A stretch of 32,919 nt of DNA from Chiloscyllium plagiosum (taxonomy: Eukaryota): contig NC_057718.1 of NCBI RefSeq assembly GCF_004010195.1, forward strand, positions 7,692,785-7,725,703. Direction: 5' to 3'. The position numbers and the translations under genes are program-made. Below are positions 31,361-32,919 of the stretch, one piece after another. Every line of letters begins with the position of its first letter. Within the stretch, counting starts at the first letter, position 1. The notes under the pieces are model-generated. The model was not told where the DNA came from and made no database searches. It worked only from the letters and a program-made list of their open reading frames with translations.

Positions 31361-31711
31361 GTGCGTATGCATTACAACAATCCTGCCCATTCTCATTGGG
31401 GTCCTCACTCCAGTAAGCGTTTCCTTCTCCATTACCCTGGTCTCCTTTGTCAATTAAAACCCTGTGTCTAATGACACAACCCACACTGCTCTCAGTCAGA
31501 GGCAGTTCCAAAGACTTATGACTGTCTGAAGTAAGAAATTTCTCCGTATCTCTGTCGGAAATGAGCAAGCTTCCCATGGCGCGTTCCCTTCAATAAGACC
31601 ACTACACACTTTCCCCTTCTACAAATGCTCAGGACATGGAAGAGTTAAAAGCTTCAATCTGCTTGGACAGGACAGGAAACAAAATAACACAATGCCATCT
31701 GTCCTCGGCAG

Positions 31712-31869
31712 ATGAAATGGTATGAATCTTCGCAGTGTGATCATGATGCGGCTGGAAGGAAAGCAGCAGGAAGTTTTGAGAAGGAAAGGGATAAGATGGA
31801 GACGGGTGTGAACAAAGACCAACCTGGCAAGCAAGTGGAGCCCACCAGGATTAAAATCTTCGATGGCGG
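31712..31869 (+). CDS. HIVEP3: next HIVEP coding exon (158 nt; MKWYESSQCDHDAAGRKAAGSFEKERDKMETGVNKDQPGKQVEPTRIKIFDG-G)
   Basis: Acceptor ctgtcctcggcAG at 31710-31711 gives a phase-0 start matching the upstream donor. The frame is open and ends in the HIVEP-conserved EPTRIKIF(D/E)GG. Donor GG|GTAAAT at 31870 (phase 2). Confidence 0.9.
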
Positions 31870-31890
31870 GTAAATAACTCGGCACTGCGT

Positions 31891-32102
31891 TCCGATCACT
31901 TTCTGTCTCACAGCTTCCCCTGGCCCGGGACAAGCACTGGGTTCCAATGACCCACTCGGAGGTTTCATATATTCACACATAAATTCATATATATACTCCG
32001 ATCACTTCCTGTCTCACAGCTTCCCCTGGCCCGGGACAAGCACTGGGTTCCAATGACCCACTCGGAGGTTTCATATATTCACACATAAATTCATATATAT
32101 AC
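31891..32102 (+). repeat. 106-bp direct tandem duplication (2 copies, 1 mismatch)
   Basis: 31891-31996 matches 31997-32102 except for one t/c difference; followed by a poly-C tract (~32106-32136). Confidence 0.95.
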
Positions 32103-32919
32103 TCTCCCCCCCGCCCACCCCCCCCCCCCCCCCCCCACTAAATATGGTGTTATTTATGTGTTTGTGTGCTGACTAAAAAAAACGTTCTTAACAGATAAAA
32201 TGCCCCAAACAGGTTATAAAAAGAAGTCCTCTTGCTGGGAAGCTGAACTTTCCCACAGAAACAAAGTACAAATTGTTTCGTTCTACATTAATCTAGGCTT
32301 TAGCAGTCACTTTACGCATTCCTGCCTGTCCACAGTACCATGCTTTCAGATATGGTGCAAATTAGGCATTCCTCAAAGCTGTGGTTGACAACAGGAAGTC
32401 TAAAGGGTCCTAACACAAAGGTAGGAACATTGTAAAATATTACTAATTCCATTCACAGTTCTGGTTCCCCAAGGAAGAAACAATGAAACATAAGTTGACA
32501 CCGATATTACAAAAAGAATGGCATAGGATGTAATGTCCAAAATGTATTGAATGGTTTGGCATGTACACATTCAGCATGAATTGACATACAACATATCCAA
32601 GAGGGAAAACATGGTTTTAAAAAAGCAGTAATGCTTGGAAATGAATGTATTGGTCATACTAGAGCTCTATTTTGATGTATATGGTGAGTTCGACCAGTAT
32701 GCATCATTTATACGTTTTAGTTTTTTTTCTGGATTGCATTGATTGTAGGTGTATATCAGAGTATGTATACCAATCCCCAGTTCACTGTGAATTATAATAC
32801 TTTGTTTTTGATTTTTCTTTGTAATAAGGGCTCTGCTTAAATTCTTCCATAGTCAATTTGTGATCATAAAAACATTCACCTAATAAAGCTTACAGGATAG
32901 ATTATGGAGCCAATGCCAG

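Larger units (their letters stand above)
29104..31711 (+). other. GT-AG intron (2608 bp) of the HIVEP gene
   Basis: GTGAGG donor and cggcAG acceptor join two HIVEP-like exons in frame; the interior is SINE/LINE debris. Confidence 0.88.

Overview
Vertebrate genomic DNA, almost certainly from a shark, inferred from HE1/V-SINE-type SINEs, CR1/HER1-type LINE tails and Penelope-type termini. The only host gene is a + strand HIVEP/Schnurri (ZAS) zinc-finger transcription factor, most likely HIVEP3, though HIVEP2 is not excluded. Two exons are visible. One is a 5.5-kb GC-rich exon (23590-29103; ATG at 24163). The other is a 158-nt exon (31712-31869) missed by the ORF track. The gene continues past the right edge. 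The rest is presumed intron packed with decayed, often nested retroelements: CR1-type LINEs, tRNA-derived SINEs, two solo LTRs and a Tx1-like tail. The most striking unannotated signal is a set of short (~170-240 bp) insertions flanked by target-site duplications (TSDs). They belong to at least 3-4 sequence families, are built as inverted repeats, and their arms carry minimal type-I hammerhead-ribozyme cores with covarying helices, as in Penelope pLTRs. One copy is a perfect 102-bp hairpin with two intact cores. Repeat boundaries were read by eye and are approximate unless stated otherwise; family names come from recall, not from a database search.
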